DNA of 60,822 nt from Reclinomonas americana ATCC 50394 (Eukaryota). Shown here piece after piece: positions 24,939 through 38,475 of the stretch (positions are counted from its first letter, which is position 1; each line of letters starts with the position of its first letter). The position numbers and the translations under genes are program-made. Under the pieces are notes generated by a model. It made no database searches. It saw nothing but the letters and a program-made list of their open reading frames with translations, and had not been told where the DNA came from. The DNA lies in contig PS015019.1 in NCBI GenBank assembly GCA_048213135.1, forward strand, positions 7,629-68,450. Direction: 5' to 3'.

Positions 24939-26914
24939 CACACACACATGCACACATGCAAAGTGTGCTTTTTGCGGTTGCACTCTCTTGCTGTCATGCT
25001 CACACGCGCGACATGCATTTTATCACTCATGAGTGATCGATCATCATCAGACATGCATTTTGTTTGTTTGAGCTGACTGTGATCGGAACAATTTTTCGTG
25101 TTTTTCTTCTTGTTCTTCTTTAGGTGCGTCGAGCTACTTTTTGTTGCGTGCCAGTGCCTCTGGAGAGCGATGGGTGCTCGTGACGTACATTCCCGATTCG
25201 GCGCATGTGCGGCAGAAGATGGTTTGTCTCTCTCTCTCTCTTTGTCTTCAACCGTGCGATCGTGCGATCGTCTCCTCGTTCTTCTCTTCTGCTTCTTCTT
25301 CACTGCTCCGTCCCCCGTGCGCGTTGCTTCTCCATTGCTCTCCTTTCGTGCTTCCTTTTCACCTTCTTCGCGACTCTCTCTTCTTTCTCTCACACGCACT
25401 CGCTTCACCGCTCTCTTCCCTTCTCCCTCCTTCTCCCCTCCTTCTCCTCCTCCTCCTCTCCTCTCCTCTCTTCTCCTCTCCTCTCCTCTCCTCTCCTCTC
25501 TTCTCCTCTCCTCTCCTCTCCTCTTCTTTTCTCTGTTATCTCTCCTTCCTCTCCCTCTCCTCTCTCCTCCCTCTCCTCTCCTCTCCTCTCCTCTTCTTTT
25601 CTCTGTTATCTCTCCTTCCTCTCCCTCTCCTCTCTCCTCCCTCTCCTTTCCTCTCCACTCCTCTCCTCTCCTCTCCTCTCCTCTCCCTCTCCTCTCCCTC
25701 TCCTCCCTCTCCTCTCCTTCACTCTCCTCTCTTCTCCTCTCCTCTTCTCTCCTTTCCTCCCTCTCCTCCCTCTCCCTCTCCTCTCCTTCAACTCTCCTCT
25801 CTTCCCTCTCCTCACCTATCTCTCACTTCTCACCCTCCACACACAGATCTACTCCTCGTCCGTGGAGCCGGTGAAGCGCGTTCTCGGACCGGCGCTGTGG
25901 CACTGGATCACCGTCAACGATGTGCAGTCGTTGGCGCCGGAGGATGTATCGCCGGTGACGGCCGAGCATCGCAATGCGTTGATGTCGGAGGAGGAGCGCT
26001 CGATTCGTGCCGAGGTGAGAGAGAGAGACAGAGGCGACGGAAATGCTCACGCGGCTCACTCGTTTCGGCTTGCAGAACGCCATGCTCTCAGGCGCCAGCT
26101 CGTCGGGTCCCGTGGCCACCTCGGCTGGCTCCGGACTCGCCTTCCCGCTCTCCAGCGAGGCCGTGGCGGCCGTGGAGAGCGTGGCGTCGGATCCATCCTC
26201 GGGCAACCTGGTCAAGCTGGTGCGCTCCTCTTTCTTGTTGCGACCCACCTTCGCCTATGGTACCCACTGTCGTTGCAGGTGTTCGACAACGAAGTCATCA
26301 ACATTGACGGACGCCGTGCAGCGGTGGGACCGGAGGAGCTGCCGAACCACATGCCTGCTGGCCGGCCGTCATTCTTTGTCGTGCGCTACACGCACCAGTT
26401 TGAGGGCAGCAACGAGTCGCCACTGGGTGAGTGCGCTACCTGGCCCTCTCTCTTTTCCCGCTCTCTCACACCTTTCTTCGTCCGCAGTGGTGATTTACGT
26501 CTGCCCGGACGACGTGCCAGTGCGCCAGAAGATGCTGGCGAGCTCTGCCAAGGCCGGCCTCGTGGCCGAGATCGAACGCATCGCCTCCACACCGGTGGCA
26601 CTCAATGTTGCGCACACACGCGCTAAACTTGCTTGCTTCCCATCGACTGACACAGTGTTTGTGTGCTGTGCGCAGATGGAAGCCACCGACGCCGACGGCT
26701 TGTCACCCGACAACATTCTCGATCGCCTGCACCCACAGAGCCGCAACTCGAACGTCCACGCCGCCGCTCAAGCCGCCATGCAGCAGCGTCCAAAGAAGCC
26801 CGGTCGCGGTTCGTCCACTGTGTGGCACGAGTTCTCGTGAGAGGATCGCTCACTGCTCTTGTCGTTGCTGCAGGTCCCGCTCGTCTGCCCAAGCCTGTGC
26901 CGCCGCCCTCGTGA
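24596..26914 (+). CDS. TWF: Twinfilin (two ADF-H domains plus basic tail), 8 exons
   Basis: MSLTGIPLS...; [68 protein letters not shown]-terminal tail [12 protein letters not shown]. Confidence 0.9.
24827..24955. repeat. (CA)n microsatellite in twinfilin intron 1
   Basis: Direct inspection. Confidence 0.95.
25400..25815. repeat. CT-rich low-complexity tract (CTCTC-type) in twinfilin intron 2
   Basis: Direct inspection; includes a duplicated ctcttcttttctctgttatctctcc module. Confidence 0.9.
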
Positions 26915-27033
26915 ACAGAGAGTGTGTGTGTGTGCAGTGAGAGAGACTGCTTGTGAGAGCAGCAAGGGAAGGAGAAATGAGAGGAGTGAATCGTGAGCGG
27001 ACTGTCCCGTCACATTAGCATCAACAAGAACGA

Positions 27034-27939
27034 ATGTTTGGGAGCACGCGTGTAGTGCAGCGCCTCTTCTCGGCCTCAGCTGCAGCTGGTGAGACAACGC
27101 TTCTGTCTTTGTGTGTGTATGTGTGTGTGCATGAAACACAATGATGCAACCATGAGTCTCTCTCTGTCTCCTCTCTCTCACGCACACGCGGGTGCATTGC
27201 TGTGACTGAGAGAGAGAAAGACAGAGAGTGCATGTGTGTGTGACTACACTCTCTTGATTCTCCGATGCGATGCATGACAAGTCGAATGATCGTCTGACTC
27301 TCTTTCCCTACCTCTCACTCTTCTCCTCTCACTCTCTCTGTCCTTCTCTCAGAGCCCATGGTGCTGAACCAGATCCGCGGTCGCGTGGGCCTCCTGACTC
27401 TCAATCGCCCGAAAGCCCTCAACGCCCTCTGTGCGCCACTGCTGACGCAACTGCTTGAGCAGCTGCGTGCCATGGACGCCAACCCCGCAGTGGGAGCCAT
27501 TGTCATCACCGGATCCCTCAAGGCATTCGCCGGTGAGTGAATATGAAAGGGAAAGAAAGAGACAAGCTCTTCTTCCTCTTCCTTCTTCCTCTTCTTCTTC
27601 TTGTTCTTGTTCTTCTTCTCCTTCTTCTTCTCTCCTCCTTCTTCTTCTTCTTCTTCTTCTTGTTCTTCTTGTTCTTCTTGTTCTTCCTGTTCTTCTTCTT
27701 CTTCTTCTTCTTGTTCTTCTTCTTGTTCTTCTTCTTCTTCTTCTTCTTGTGCTTCTCCTTCTTCTTCTCCCTCTCTTTCTTCTTCTCCTCCTCCTCCTCC
27801 TTCTTCTTCTCCATTTTCTTGTCTTGTCTTGTTCTTCTTCTTCTCCTTCTTCTTCTATTTCTTCTTTCTTCTTTTTTCTTCTTCTTCTTCTTCTTCTTCT
27901 TCTTCTTCTTCTTCTTCTTCTTCTTCTTCTTCTTCTTCT

Positions 27940-27984
<45 letters not shown>

Positions 27985-28058
27985 ACGCCTACGACGACGA
28001 CNNNNNNNNNNNNNNNNNNNNTCTCGTACGTACGTACGTCTCGTCTCTCTCTCTCTAC

Positions 28059-28101
<43 letters not shown>

Positions 28102-28106
28102 CTCTC

Positions 28107-28194
<88 letters not shown>

Positions 28195-29447
28195 CTCCTC
28201 CTCCTCCTCCTCCTCCTCCTCCTCCTCCTCCTCCTCCTCCTCCTCCTCCTCCTCCTCCTCCTCCTCCTCCTCCTCCTCCTCCCTCCCCCCCTTCCTCCTC
28301 CCCCTCCTGTCCCCCAGCGCTTCAAGCCGCCGTGCAGCGCTCTCCGAGACCCCCTCGCTGCACGTCATTTGCGCTGGCAGAACATACCATGCTCTGTTTT
28401 TCTCTGTCGGTCCTCGCTTTCTCTTTGCCTGCTCGTTCTCCTCTGGCCTTTCATGCGCATGAGTGCTTGTGCGCGCTTCACCGGCGCGCCCGCTCGGGCA
28501 TGAGGGGTCGGAGGAGAAACAGCAGGAGAGACTGGGAGGCCTGCGAGAGGGCGGCAGAGCGAGAGATTACAGAATGACCGCCCATGTCGCAGACACCGCA
28601 TGCGAGGCGGACAGATACGAGTCTCACATTCGTTGCCTTTTTTGCGCGCGCAGCCGGTGCCGACATCAAGGAGATGCAGCCAAAGTCGTTTGCCGACGTG
28701 TACTCGCAGCGCATGTTTGACGAGTTCGATTACGGCATTCGCGGGATTCACAAGCCAGTGCTGGCTGCCGTGAACGGCTTTGCGCTCGGCGGTGGCTGTG
28801 AGCTGGCCATGAGCTGCGACGTGATCTATGCAGGCGACAAGGTGCGCTGCGGGGGCGCTAACTTAAACCGCGTGACTTTTCTTGAATGCTCACCGATCCG
28901 TGCAGGCACAATTCGGGCAGCCCGAGATCAAGCTCGGCACCATCCCCGGCATGGGAGGCTCACAGCGCCTGACGCGTGCCATTGGCAAGTTCCGCTCGAT
29001 GCACATGAATTTGACGGGCGATTTTATCTCGGCAAAGGAGGCGGCGGAGTGGGGTTTGGCGGCCAAGGTGCGAGGCGGTGGCGGAGAAGCAGACATGGTC
29101 TGAACGTCGTACGCGCCTCACCCTTGTTATCACGCGCACAGATTTTCCCGGCCGAGGAGCTCGTCGACAAGGTCGTGGAGATTGGCGAAAAGATTGCCGG
29201 CTACTCGCAGATTGCTGGTGCGCCGTCCATGGTCATGTGCATCTTCTCTTGTCCCCGACACTCATCTATTTCCCCGTAAACAGTGGCCATTGCCAAGGAT
29301 GCGGTCAATGCTGCAGAGGAACTGTCGCTGAACGAGGGTCTCAAGTACGAGCGCCGCCTGTTCTGGTCGACTTTTGGCACTGTGGATCAAAAGGAGGGCA
29401 TGGCCGCGTTTACGGAGAAGCGCCCTGCCGCCTTCAAGAACAAGTAA
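27034..29447 (+). CDS. ECHS1: Mitochondrial short-chain enoyl-CoA hydratase (crotonase), 6 exons
   Basis: Transit-like exon [18 protein letters not shown] in phase with [12 protein letters not shown]...[12 protein letters not shown]...[23 protein letters not shown]...[26 protein letters not shown]...[13 protein letters not shown]. Confidence 0.96.
27567..28300. repeat. (CTT)n/(CT)n/(CCT)n compound microsatellite in enoyl-CoA hydratase intron 2
   Basis: Direct inspection. Confidence 0.95.
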
Positions 29448-29633
29448 GCCTGCGCATCGCCGGCACGTGATATGATACTGTGAGAAGAAGAGTTCACCGA
29501 GTGGCCCCACAGTAAAACGATCAACGAACGCTCCTCTTGCCTGTTGCCGGTCGATTTTTTCTCACTCATTTCTTCACTATCTCTCTTCTCTTCCCCCCCA
29601 CATCCACTCCATTCGCCGCCCACCATTTCTACC

Positions 29634-32600
29634 TCACGTGCCTGAGGGCCATGCCGGCGACATGAAGCCTGGCGACTCGAGGTCGTCTCGCACAAACGGT
29701 GGCGCCGGCGACGCCAGTGGCAGTCGATTGGTCGCGCTCTGTTGACTGCGAATGTCGCGCAGCAGTGCCTTGGCCTCCTCCTTTTCCTGCAGATGGTCGA
29801 CGACATTGAGAGTATGACTCAGGTGGCGCATCGCATTGCAGCACGCAACTGGCGCTCCAGTGTCCAGCAGCTGCATGCAGTAGCTGATCGCCTCGTCGTT
29901 CTCACCGCACATGTGGTAGTACTGGGCCAGGAACATGAGAATCGGTGGCTCGACCGCGGCGTCACCCTGCAGTCGTCTCTGCACGAACACCAGCTTTGTG
30001 TACCAGTGCGCAGCCGTGTTCAAGTCATTCAGCTGCCGATACAACGCCGCTTGCTTGGCCAGCGCCACGGGATCGTACATGCGCAGCCAATTGTCGGGTT
30101 TCGAGTCGTCCAGCCCGTCCTCTTCGCGCGCTGCCCCCGTTGCTCCCCCAGCGGCTGCGCTGGCAGCGCCCGCAGTCGGCGACTCCTTGCCTCCTGCGTC
30201 CTCATTGGCCGACGAATCCACTCCCACAGCTGGCGTTGTGCGCGACGTGGACGAGGCCGACGGCGCGGCCGCCGCAGACGGTTGCGACGGTAGCGCCATC
30301 ACCACGTGCGATACCGGATGGGCGCGCCGATAGCATTCCAACGCCTCGCCGAATCGACGCAATTCCTCGTAGCAGCCGCCGAGCGCACACCACATGCGCG
30401 AGTCGTCTGGTCTCAACGTGGTAGCCTTGCGGTAGTAGTACAGGGCATACAGCGGCATGTGCAGCAGCTCGTACGTCTGACCCAGGCCGTACCAGGCGCG
30501 GTAGTCCCGCACGTTGATGTCTGTGGGAGAGTGCACAGAGTGAGCAAGGGAGACACGAGCTGGCCTTGATGCACACACACACATACCAACAGCCTTGCGA
30601 TACACGTAGATGGCGGCACCAATGTTCTTCAGCTCAATGTACTCGTGGCCCATCAGTGTCCACGCCGACACGTAGCTGCAGAAAATCTGTGAGACTCAAC
30701 CAACCCATTGCGTCACCAAACAAAAAGGAGAGACGCAACGTGGGATCCATTTGCAGCGCGCGGCGCAAGTACACCAGTGCCTTCTGGTGTTGTCTCCGCA
30801 GCGAGTAGTAGTTGCCGACCACACAGCACGTCTCCGGGCGGTACTTGTTCGCGGCGTGACACGCGTGCGCCAGTCGCGCTAGGGCACTGCGTTCCTCGCG
30901 CACGTAAAGAATGTTCGAATACATGTCCATGAGCTCCACGGCGAACGGATCGCGAATCACCAACTCCTCAAAGCACTCGTTGCTGGCCTCAAAATCTGCG
31001 GCACAGCAGCATGAGTCACGGGAAACGGAAGCATTGGCGTGATGCGCACTCACCTCGCAAAATCGAGTGCGCCGTCGCCCGTGGCCTCAACAACGTCAGC
31101 GCCGATGTCGCCAACAACTGCGTCTCCGCCGACGGTGGACCTTCCTCCGGCGCCATGAGCTGTTGCACGGCCAGCAACGCATCGCGCGGCTGCTGCAGCT
31201 CGACGCTCAGGTGCGCGATAAAATACTGAAATGCCCAGTGCTGGCGCACGGCACCGAAATCCAGTGTGGCGAACTGTGCGACGCGCGACAATGAGAGGTG
31301 GGAAACAGAGCTGGCGCACGGGAGAGCAACGCACATGCACGCGCTGTTGCGACACGAGTGTCGACAGCTCGACAAACGCCGACCACAAACAAGGATACAT
31401 TTGCAGCGCCGTGCACAGGCAGCGCGCGGCTCGTTCGTACTCGGCCAGGCGCGATAGTACAACGCCGTACAGGTACGAGTTGAAAGCGTCCAAGTCGCCG
31501 GCTGCGAGATGCGCGTGAGTGCTGCCCATCTCTCAGTCCATTCTCTCTCACACACACTCTCCAAAACCTTTCGCATCCGAGTCCAAATCATTGGCCAGCT
31601 CCTGCAACTCTCGATTCGGCTCGTGCACGCCAGCGAGGACGCCTGAGTGACGCTCTGTTTGCTCCTGTCGAGCACGCTCCTCGCCAGCCAAGTAGCGCGA
31701 GTAGCGGCGCAGGAAGCGAGCCTGGAAGGAGGAGAAGTGATTGGCAAGGAAGAGAGAAAGAGCAAGAGAAGAAGAAGGAGAAGAAGAAGGAGAAGGTGAA
31801 GAAAGAAGAGAAGAAGAAGAAGAATGAGGAGGAGAAGAAGGAGAAGAATACGAGGAGAGAGGAGAGTAGACAAGAGAAGAGAGGAAAGAGAGGGAGACAG
31901 GTGAGAAGAGCCGTGAGTGACAAACAAGAGAGAGGGAGAGAGGAGGATGAGGAGGAGGAGGAGGAGAAGAAGAAGAAGAAGAAGAAGAAGAAGAAGAAGA
32001 AGAAGAAGAAGAAGAAGAAGACGAAGAGCTGTGAGTGACAAACAAGAGAGAGGGAGAGAGAGGAAGAAGAAGAGACAAGAGAGTAAGTGAGATGCGGAAA
32101 GAAGAGAAGAAAGAAGAGGATACGGAGAGAAGAGAAGAGAGGGAGACAGGTGAGAGGAGCCGTGAGTGACAAACAAGAGAGGGAGAGACAAGAGAAAGAG
32201 AGAAAGAGAGAGAGAGTGAGGAAAGAGTAGAGACAAGAGAGAAATAAGAGTCACAGATCCCTCCCTTCAGTACGCACTCACCTTCTGTGAACGACACTGG
32301 CGGAGACTATATGAACAGCGACGCAGTTCTGCGCCCTCAAAGTACGACAAGGCCAGCGCGTATGTGTCATAATCCGCCCAGAAATCACTCGCCTGTTGCA
32401 CCAGTGAGCATTCTCTCTCTCTCTCACACACACACTGTGTCTCGCAACTTCCTCTTGCGCGACAGGTGCAGCAGCAGATGGTCGACATGAGGGAAACTGT
32501 GTGCTCACATCGTGCAGCACTTGCACCGCCCTGTGTGTGTTTGAGTGTGTGGTTGTTCAAACTCTCACTGTTTTGTCTCTCTCTCTCTTTCACGCACCAA

Positions 32601-32686
32601 CGCGCAGCATTGCGCAGACCGCGTGTGCCACAGTCGTGCGCAGCGTGACGCAGTTGTGTGGACCACTCCTGCGCGCGCTCTTCCAT
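29634..32686 (-). CDS. CDC23: Anaphase-promoting complex subunit 8 / CDC23 (TPR protein), multi-exon
   Basis: [102 protein letters not shown]. Confidence 0.96.
31745..32245. repeat. GA-rich tract with three gtgagtgacaaacaagagag modules in a CDC23 intron
   Basis: Modules at about 31913, 32031 and 32162, embedded in (GAA)n/(GGA)n. Confidence 0.9.
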
Positions 32687-33376
32687 CACTGAGTGAGGTT
32701 TTGTGGACGTTTTGTGAATGCGCGGGAAATGTGTGGGACAACTCACATACAACAGCAGGTTGCGTGGACGCCTACGGAAGCAGTAGTTGAGGGAGACGAA
32801 GTGGAGTAGGTGTTGGCGACGAGCTGAGTTGCGCGCAGAGAGAGAGAGGAGTCCAACCAACAACGTCGCACAATGCGACGTCGCGAAGATCCCGATATTC
32901 GCAGTCATGTCGAGGTGCAGCCGGTCAGCAACGGTGCGAGCCAGTGCACGTGCTGATCGTCCGTGCTCAGCCAAGCAGCGCTCCGCGTATATACATGTGG
33001 TTATTTCGATCGCGAAGTTGCAATTGGGCCGCGCTCGCCAGCTGCTCAACCGCAACAAACAATCGAAGCCCAACCACGAACCCAATTCACATACACAGCC
33101 TCTGCATCCATCCCTCTCCTCCGTATCACACAGGCCCACACGCACAGAGACCATCCAGCTGATCATGATCATGAGCGTTCGGATTCTCAAAAAACTCCAA
33201 TAACAACGCCTGCAGCCGCCCTTCTCGTGCACAGAGCTTCTCCAGGACACACTTTTACACCATACCCACCGGTCCGCGTACACAGCAGCAACATACACCA
33301 GCGCATCCACGCAAAAACGTCACAGGACAACCGTACTCTGTCTCTCTCCACCCACGCACCTTTTGCGACAGGAGAG

Positions 33377-36300
33377 ATGCAGGCCTCCGCCCATCGTCGC
33401 TCCACCAGCGACCTGGAGGCCGCTGCATCAGCTGCCACCTCATCACCAACACCAGTGTCAACAGCAGCAACACCAACAGCAGCAAAGAACAATAATCACA
33501 CTCACCACCACAGTCATCACGGCCACCATCACAGTCACAATCATCGTGCGCACAGTGGTGGCGGTGGCAGTGGGCCACGAGGTGACTCGCGAGTGGCATT
33601 CTCCTGTGCAAATGGTCGGTGTTTGGTCGAGTGTTTCTCGTGTCGCGAGTGCTGCTTTGTGTCGTATGGAAAGGGAATGGAGGCGTGTTGGTTCCCTGTG
33701 GGTGAGTGGAAGAGGGCGAGGGGCGAGGGAGAGTGAGAAGCGGGGAGATAAGTGAAGGGTTTCGCGAAGTGAGGTTTGACTGACTGAACACTCACGCGCG
33801 CACTCTCTCATTCTCATGCGCGCGCGCGCTCTCTCTCTCTCTCTCTCTCTGTGTCTGCGATGCATCTCACATGCGCACTCATGCATGCGCGCGTGTGCAC
33901 TCACACTGGCTTCCCATCTCATTCATAGAAAGTGTGCTTGTCTGTTTTCTTCTCACACACACATTCTCTCTGGTCTCCCTCTCTCTCCCACGCACACACT
34001 CTGCTCCTCCTCTGCTTCCCCCCTTCTCTCTCTGCCTCTCTCCATTTTTTCGCTGCATGTTCTCACTCGTTAGCGGTATATTCTCACCCTCCCTAATCAA
34101 TAACGACAGTACATTCCTCTCACATTTCGAGAATTTCTCGCGCGCGCGCAGGCCTCTACTTCTGGTCCCTCCTGACGGTGTTTGTGTGCGTCGGCAACTT
34201 TGTCACCGATGTGTGGGTGACGGCGACGTTCTTTGAGGATCCCGACAAGGCGCCGTTTGGCGTGGCGCTCTCGTTCATTGGCTTTGCGTACCTCGGGCCG
34301 CTCATTGTCACCGTGGCGTACGTGCGCAATCTGCGCTGTTCCGACTGGTTGCTCTTCTTTTGTTGCGTACGCGGGGGATGCAGACAGCAGGGGAGGAAGG
34401 GGTACTTGGGGAGAAGAGTGGCAATCAACTTTTTCTACCATAGTCGTATGGTGCGGTTCTTTGACTTGCATCCTGGAGATGCTGGGTGTCCTTTGCTTGT
34501 CCTCTGTTCCCTGTCTTGTTTGTCGAGGCTCCCCTCGCTTGCACAATTGTGGGGCACCGTGCTCTGTGGCTTGCCCTCTCAGAGGAGAGTTGCAATCTCC
34601 CATTCTCCTGCCTTGATTTGCATCGTTGTTGGATAGTTGGGCGTGTGGATTGTAACGTGTTCTATGGCTTGCCCTCTTGAAGAGGAGAGTTGCAGTCTCC
34701 CCCTCTTCTGACATACTCATTCACCTTTTGTGTGGATTGCAACGCTTGCCCTCTTGAAGAGAAGAGTCGCAATATCCCCTCTTCTGCCTTGGTTCTGCAT
34801 CGTTGTTGGATAGTGGGGTGTGGGAATTCAGCGTGTTGTTTCATTTGCCTTCTTGAAGAGAAGAGTTGTGCAATCTCGGGGCGTGGGAATGCCACGTGCA
34901 CTTTGACCTGACCTCTTGAATTAAAGAGTCGCACTCTTCCTCCTATGCGTACACACCTTCTCCTTCTCTGAACCATCCACCCTTTTGTCCTCCTCTGACG
35001 CAGTGGCCCTCGGCGGTGTGATTCCACTCTACCGCACGGTGCTGGACATTCGCGACTTTCACCGACGCGGACCGCGCAAAGCTCTCATGTCGTCCGAGAA
35101 GAGCAGCGAGGGTCTGATGGACCCGCGCGGCATCGGCTCCGAGCTATACGAGTTTCAGCGCGATGCCGAGATCACCACCCCGTCGGCGTGGGTCATGGTG
35201 ACCACCATTTGTGGTGAGCGCCTACCCATCTGTCTGCTGTTCCTTGTCATTTCCATTCTCATTTCCTCCCCGCAGCCGTGCAAGCGATGTTGTGCCTGCA
35301 AATGTACATGATTTTCCGCCGCGAAACGGTGACGCCGCTCTTTGTCATCTCGGTCATCTTCTCGATCTTGCACATTGGCATCATGATGTCGTCGAGCTTG
35401 AACTGGCTCGTGCGCCATGTGGTGGTGCGTGGACGTTTGCTGTCTCCACCGTCCGTCTCGTTTGTGCTCCCTCACACTCACCTGCGCGCTGCAGCTGACG
35501 GGGACGGGTCTGTGTGGTGCCAGCGGCTTCAGCAACTGGGAGATTGGCATGCACGCCGTGTTTAGCATTGCGCTGACCTCTGTGCATCTGTCGATTGGCT
35601 TCTACGTGTTTCCACTGGCTGTTGCGTTTTGTCACTGCCGTACTAGCCCCACCCTCCTCTTCCTTCTCACTCTTCTCCGCTGGCTGCAGATCAACGTGGT
35701 CATTGGCTCGCTCCAGCTCTCCATCTTCTTCACGTCGGCCCTCCTGAATTCCTCCGGGTCGCAGTCGGATGGCAACAATCAGGAGTTCGCGGCCGGCTCC
35801 AGTTCGCCTGGCGACTGGGACAAGTGGGTGGCGGAGCACCCGGAGCGCCGCGATTCCGACTCGGACTCGGAATCCTACACCGAGTCTGAGTCCGACGATG
35901 TGGAGCAGAGCGGCGCCGGCATTGGTGCCTCGTCGAGCGCTCCAATCGCTGCTGCCGCCGCTGCTCCAGCCAACGCCGCACTCGCCGAGCCCGGCATGCG
36001 TCGCGTCTCATCGCGCGACGATGTGCCGGCAGTGGGCGGCCCGCTGGTGGCACAGCACCACTCGGCAGTGGTCTCCTCATCTGGACGGCCGCCCGATCAG
36101 TCCATGGCGGTGCGCGCTGTGCTGCTGGTGTGGTACTTGCTGGTCGACGTCATGTTCCCGTTCGAGGCGGGACGACTCCGCGCTCAGCGCAACAGTCCGA
36201 CCGGAACGCGCATCAGGTGAGGGTGTTGGAAGACAGTAGGCCTCTTGCTCGTTTCTCACTGCATTCCGCAGCTGTGGCCACGCCATTGGTGAATTCCTTA

Positions 36301-36843
36301 TTTTGTGCCTCCGCGGCACGGTGTGCGTGGTGGGCCTGCTGGTGTACTCTGGCCGCGGCAATTACCCTTTCGCCCTCGGTTTCACCATTGCTGTGATTGT
36401 CGGCTGTGCCATCATGTTCTTGCTGCGCCTCGGCAAGCGACCGATGCGTGTCGGCGAGCACCCCGCGTGTGCGCGCTCTCATCAGACCGCGGGATCGACA
36501 GAGCACCGCCGCGTCCATCACCACCGGTGTGTGTATGCCGCGGCGTCTGTGTGTGCTTCACAACCCCCCCCCCCTCACCTTCCTTCCCCATTTCAGTCGC
36601 TCAAGCTCTGGCGAAGGTGGCGCCGGCCGCGATAGTCTTCTTGCCGCCAGCGGCGGCAGCAACAGCAGCAACACAGGAGCGGGATCGCGCGCACATAGCC
36701 GCAGTAGCAGCCGCGAAGCGCTCGCTGTCAACACGCCGGCAGTCAAAGTCACCGGGGGCGGCTCGTCGCTCGACGAGTCGACCACCGGCACCTCCACGAA
36801 TAGCAGTACGGGTGACATGCGAGCAGCGGGCGAGCGCAGGTGA
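33377..36843 (+). CDS. Multi-pass membrane protein, weakly XK-related (scramblase)-like, multi-exon
   Basis: His-rich N-terminus, then NFVTDVWVTATFF...FGVALSFIGFAYL and AVQAMLCLQMYMIF...LFVISVIFSIL, loosely resembling the XK D..TD and PQ..LQ.Y...S..S segments. Many further hydrophobic exons; junctions checked keep phase. Confidence 0.6.
34410..34938 (-). repeat. Six diverged copies of a motif inside a 642-bp intron; possible ankyrin-repeat relic
   Basis: Core gag(a/g)agagt(t/c/g)gca at about 34410, 34582, 34682, 34759, 34858 and 34924, most preceded by ttgccctcttgaa-like sequence. Minus strand reads (E/D)IATLLFKRAS. Confidence 0.55.
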
Positions 36844-37065
36844 CAGTGAGACCCTCGTGCAGCAACGAGGGAACTGGAGTTCGACTTTCAATATTTTCAA
36901 GTGCATGCCACGAAGACACAGTACGTGTGCGATGAAAAAAATACATACGAAACAACAATTCTTTCAATTCGGCATCACTCCGTTTTCTCCGTTGCATGAC
37001 GTCGTGGTGGCCACGTAGGGCGTCTTTTTTTCTTGCGACTAACAGCACACTACTATATTTCCTAG

Positions 37066-38423
37066 TTATTCGCGCATCTTCAGCAGCGCCCAGAAGCCCT
37101 TTTCGAACTCGGGCTGCTGAACCGAGCCAGCGTGTCGTGTATCGAGCATCTGACCACAAGACACCACACAATGAGTCCTCTCTCAACAGCATGCAGCAAG
37201 ATCACCACAACTGCATCTCACCGGGAACAGCTGGGCGACGATTGACGAGGCATGCGGTCGCATCGACTGCCACTCCTCTTTGCTGGCCGCCGGCACCCAA
37301 TCGACATGCAGTGACGAGTCGCGCATGTCGACATACAATCGCTCAAAGCCAGATTGGTTGAGTGTGCCGTCGGGCGAGGCGTACTGTGTGCGAACGTGCA
37401 ATGAGAAATAAGGAAAAGGAAGCACCATCGAGTCAGCACTCGCTCTCACCTTGTGCCACAACGCGGTCCACTCCTGCGCCGTCGGCTTCTCTGCCTTGAT
37501 GGCCAACGCCAACAATCCAAACTTCATGAACGCCGCCGCAATGGGGTCCGGCGGTGAGTCCACGTCGGGCACCTTTGACGCAAACACACGAGGAACGCTC
37601 GTCTCGAAATCGGCTCGAGACACATGCCCCCGTCGCGCGGGATCCATGTCGGCAAACAACAGCGCCGCATGATCATCCAAGTTCTCCTTGGTCGCCGACT
37701 GCCACGTGTGCTTGATGCGCTGCGGCACCCAGTCGACCTTCATGGCACTCTCCATCAGATCCGCAATAAACGACTTGAGTCCCGTCAGCTCCATGTACGA
37801 CCCCGACGAGTACTAAGGGGAAGGGAGTGTGAGACGCAGCCTCCACACTTCCCGCACACACACACACACACCACACGCACACACATACCTTGCTCCACAC
37901 CTCCGAGAACTCCTCCGTGGTCGGCACCTCCTCCGACACAAAGAGCGCCAGCTTGCCGAGCTTCTCAAACGCACGCGCCAACAGTGGCGACTCCACCACC
38001 TGCGCCTGCACCAGTCGCGTGTAGTACGAGTCTCTTCGCTGCAGGAGCGCCTCGGGTGGGATCTCATCGGCGGCCGACGCCGACATCATAATCAGCTCGT
38101 CCGCCTGCTGCATGGCCGTCGCCGACACGGGTGAGTCACCAGTCGGCGGCTTCTCATACTGCTGCTGACGAGGTGCATCGTGCTGCTGCTGCTGCTGCTG
38201 CTGCTCGCCTAGCAACGGTGGGAGTGGCTTGTGCACAGAGAGGCGACGTTGCTGCTGTGTGTTGGGTGACACGGGTGGCAGTTCACGAGCGGATGTGGGG
38301 GGCTGGGGAGAGGGGAGGGTGGGGAGGGGTGGAGAGGGTGGGAAGGGAGTGAGTGAGAGAGTGATGATCGTGAGTGACTGCAGTGCTTTGTGAGTGAGAG
38401 AGTGAGTGACTGCAGTGATGAGT

Positions 38424-38475
<52 letters not shown>

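Noticed and set aside
27349-28577. Long poly-E/R/S/L/F/P ORFs on both strands (also 25098-26626 and 31016-32297)
   Set aside because: These are translations of intronic microsatellites.
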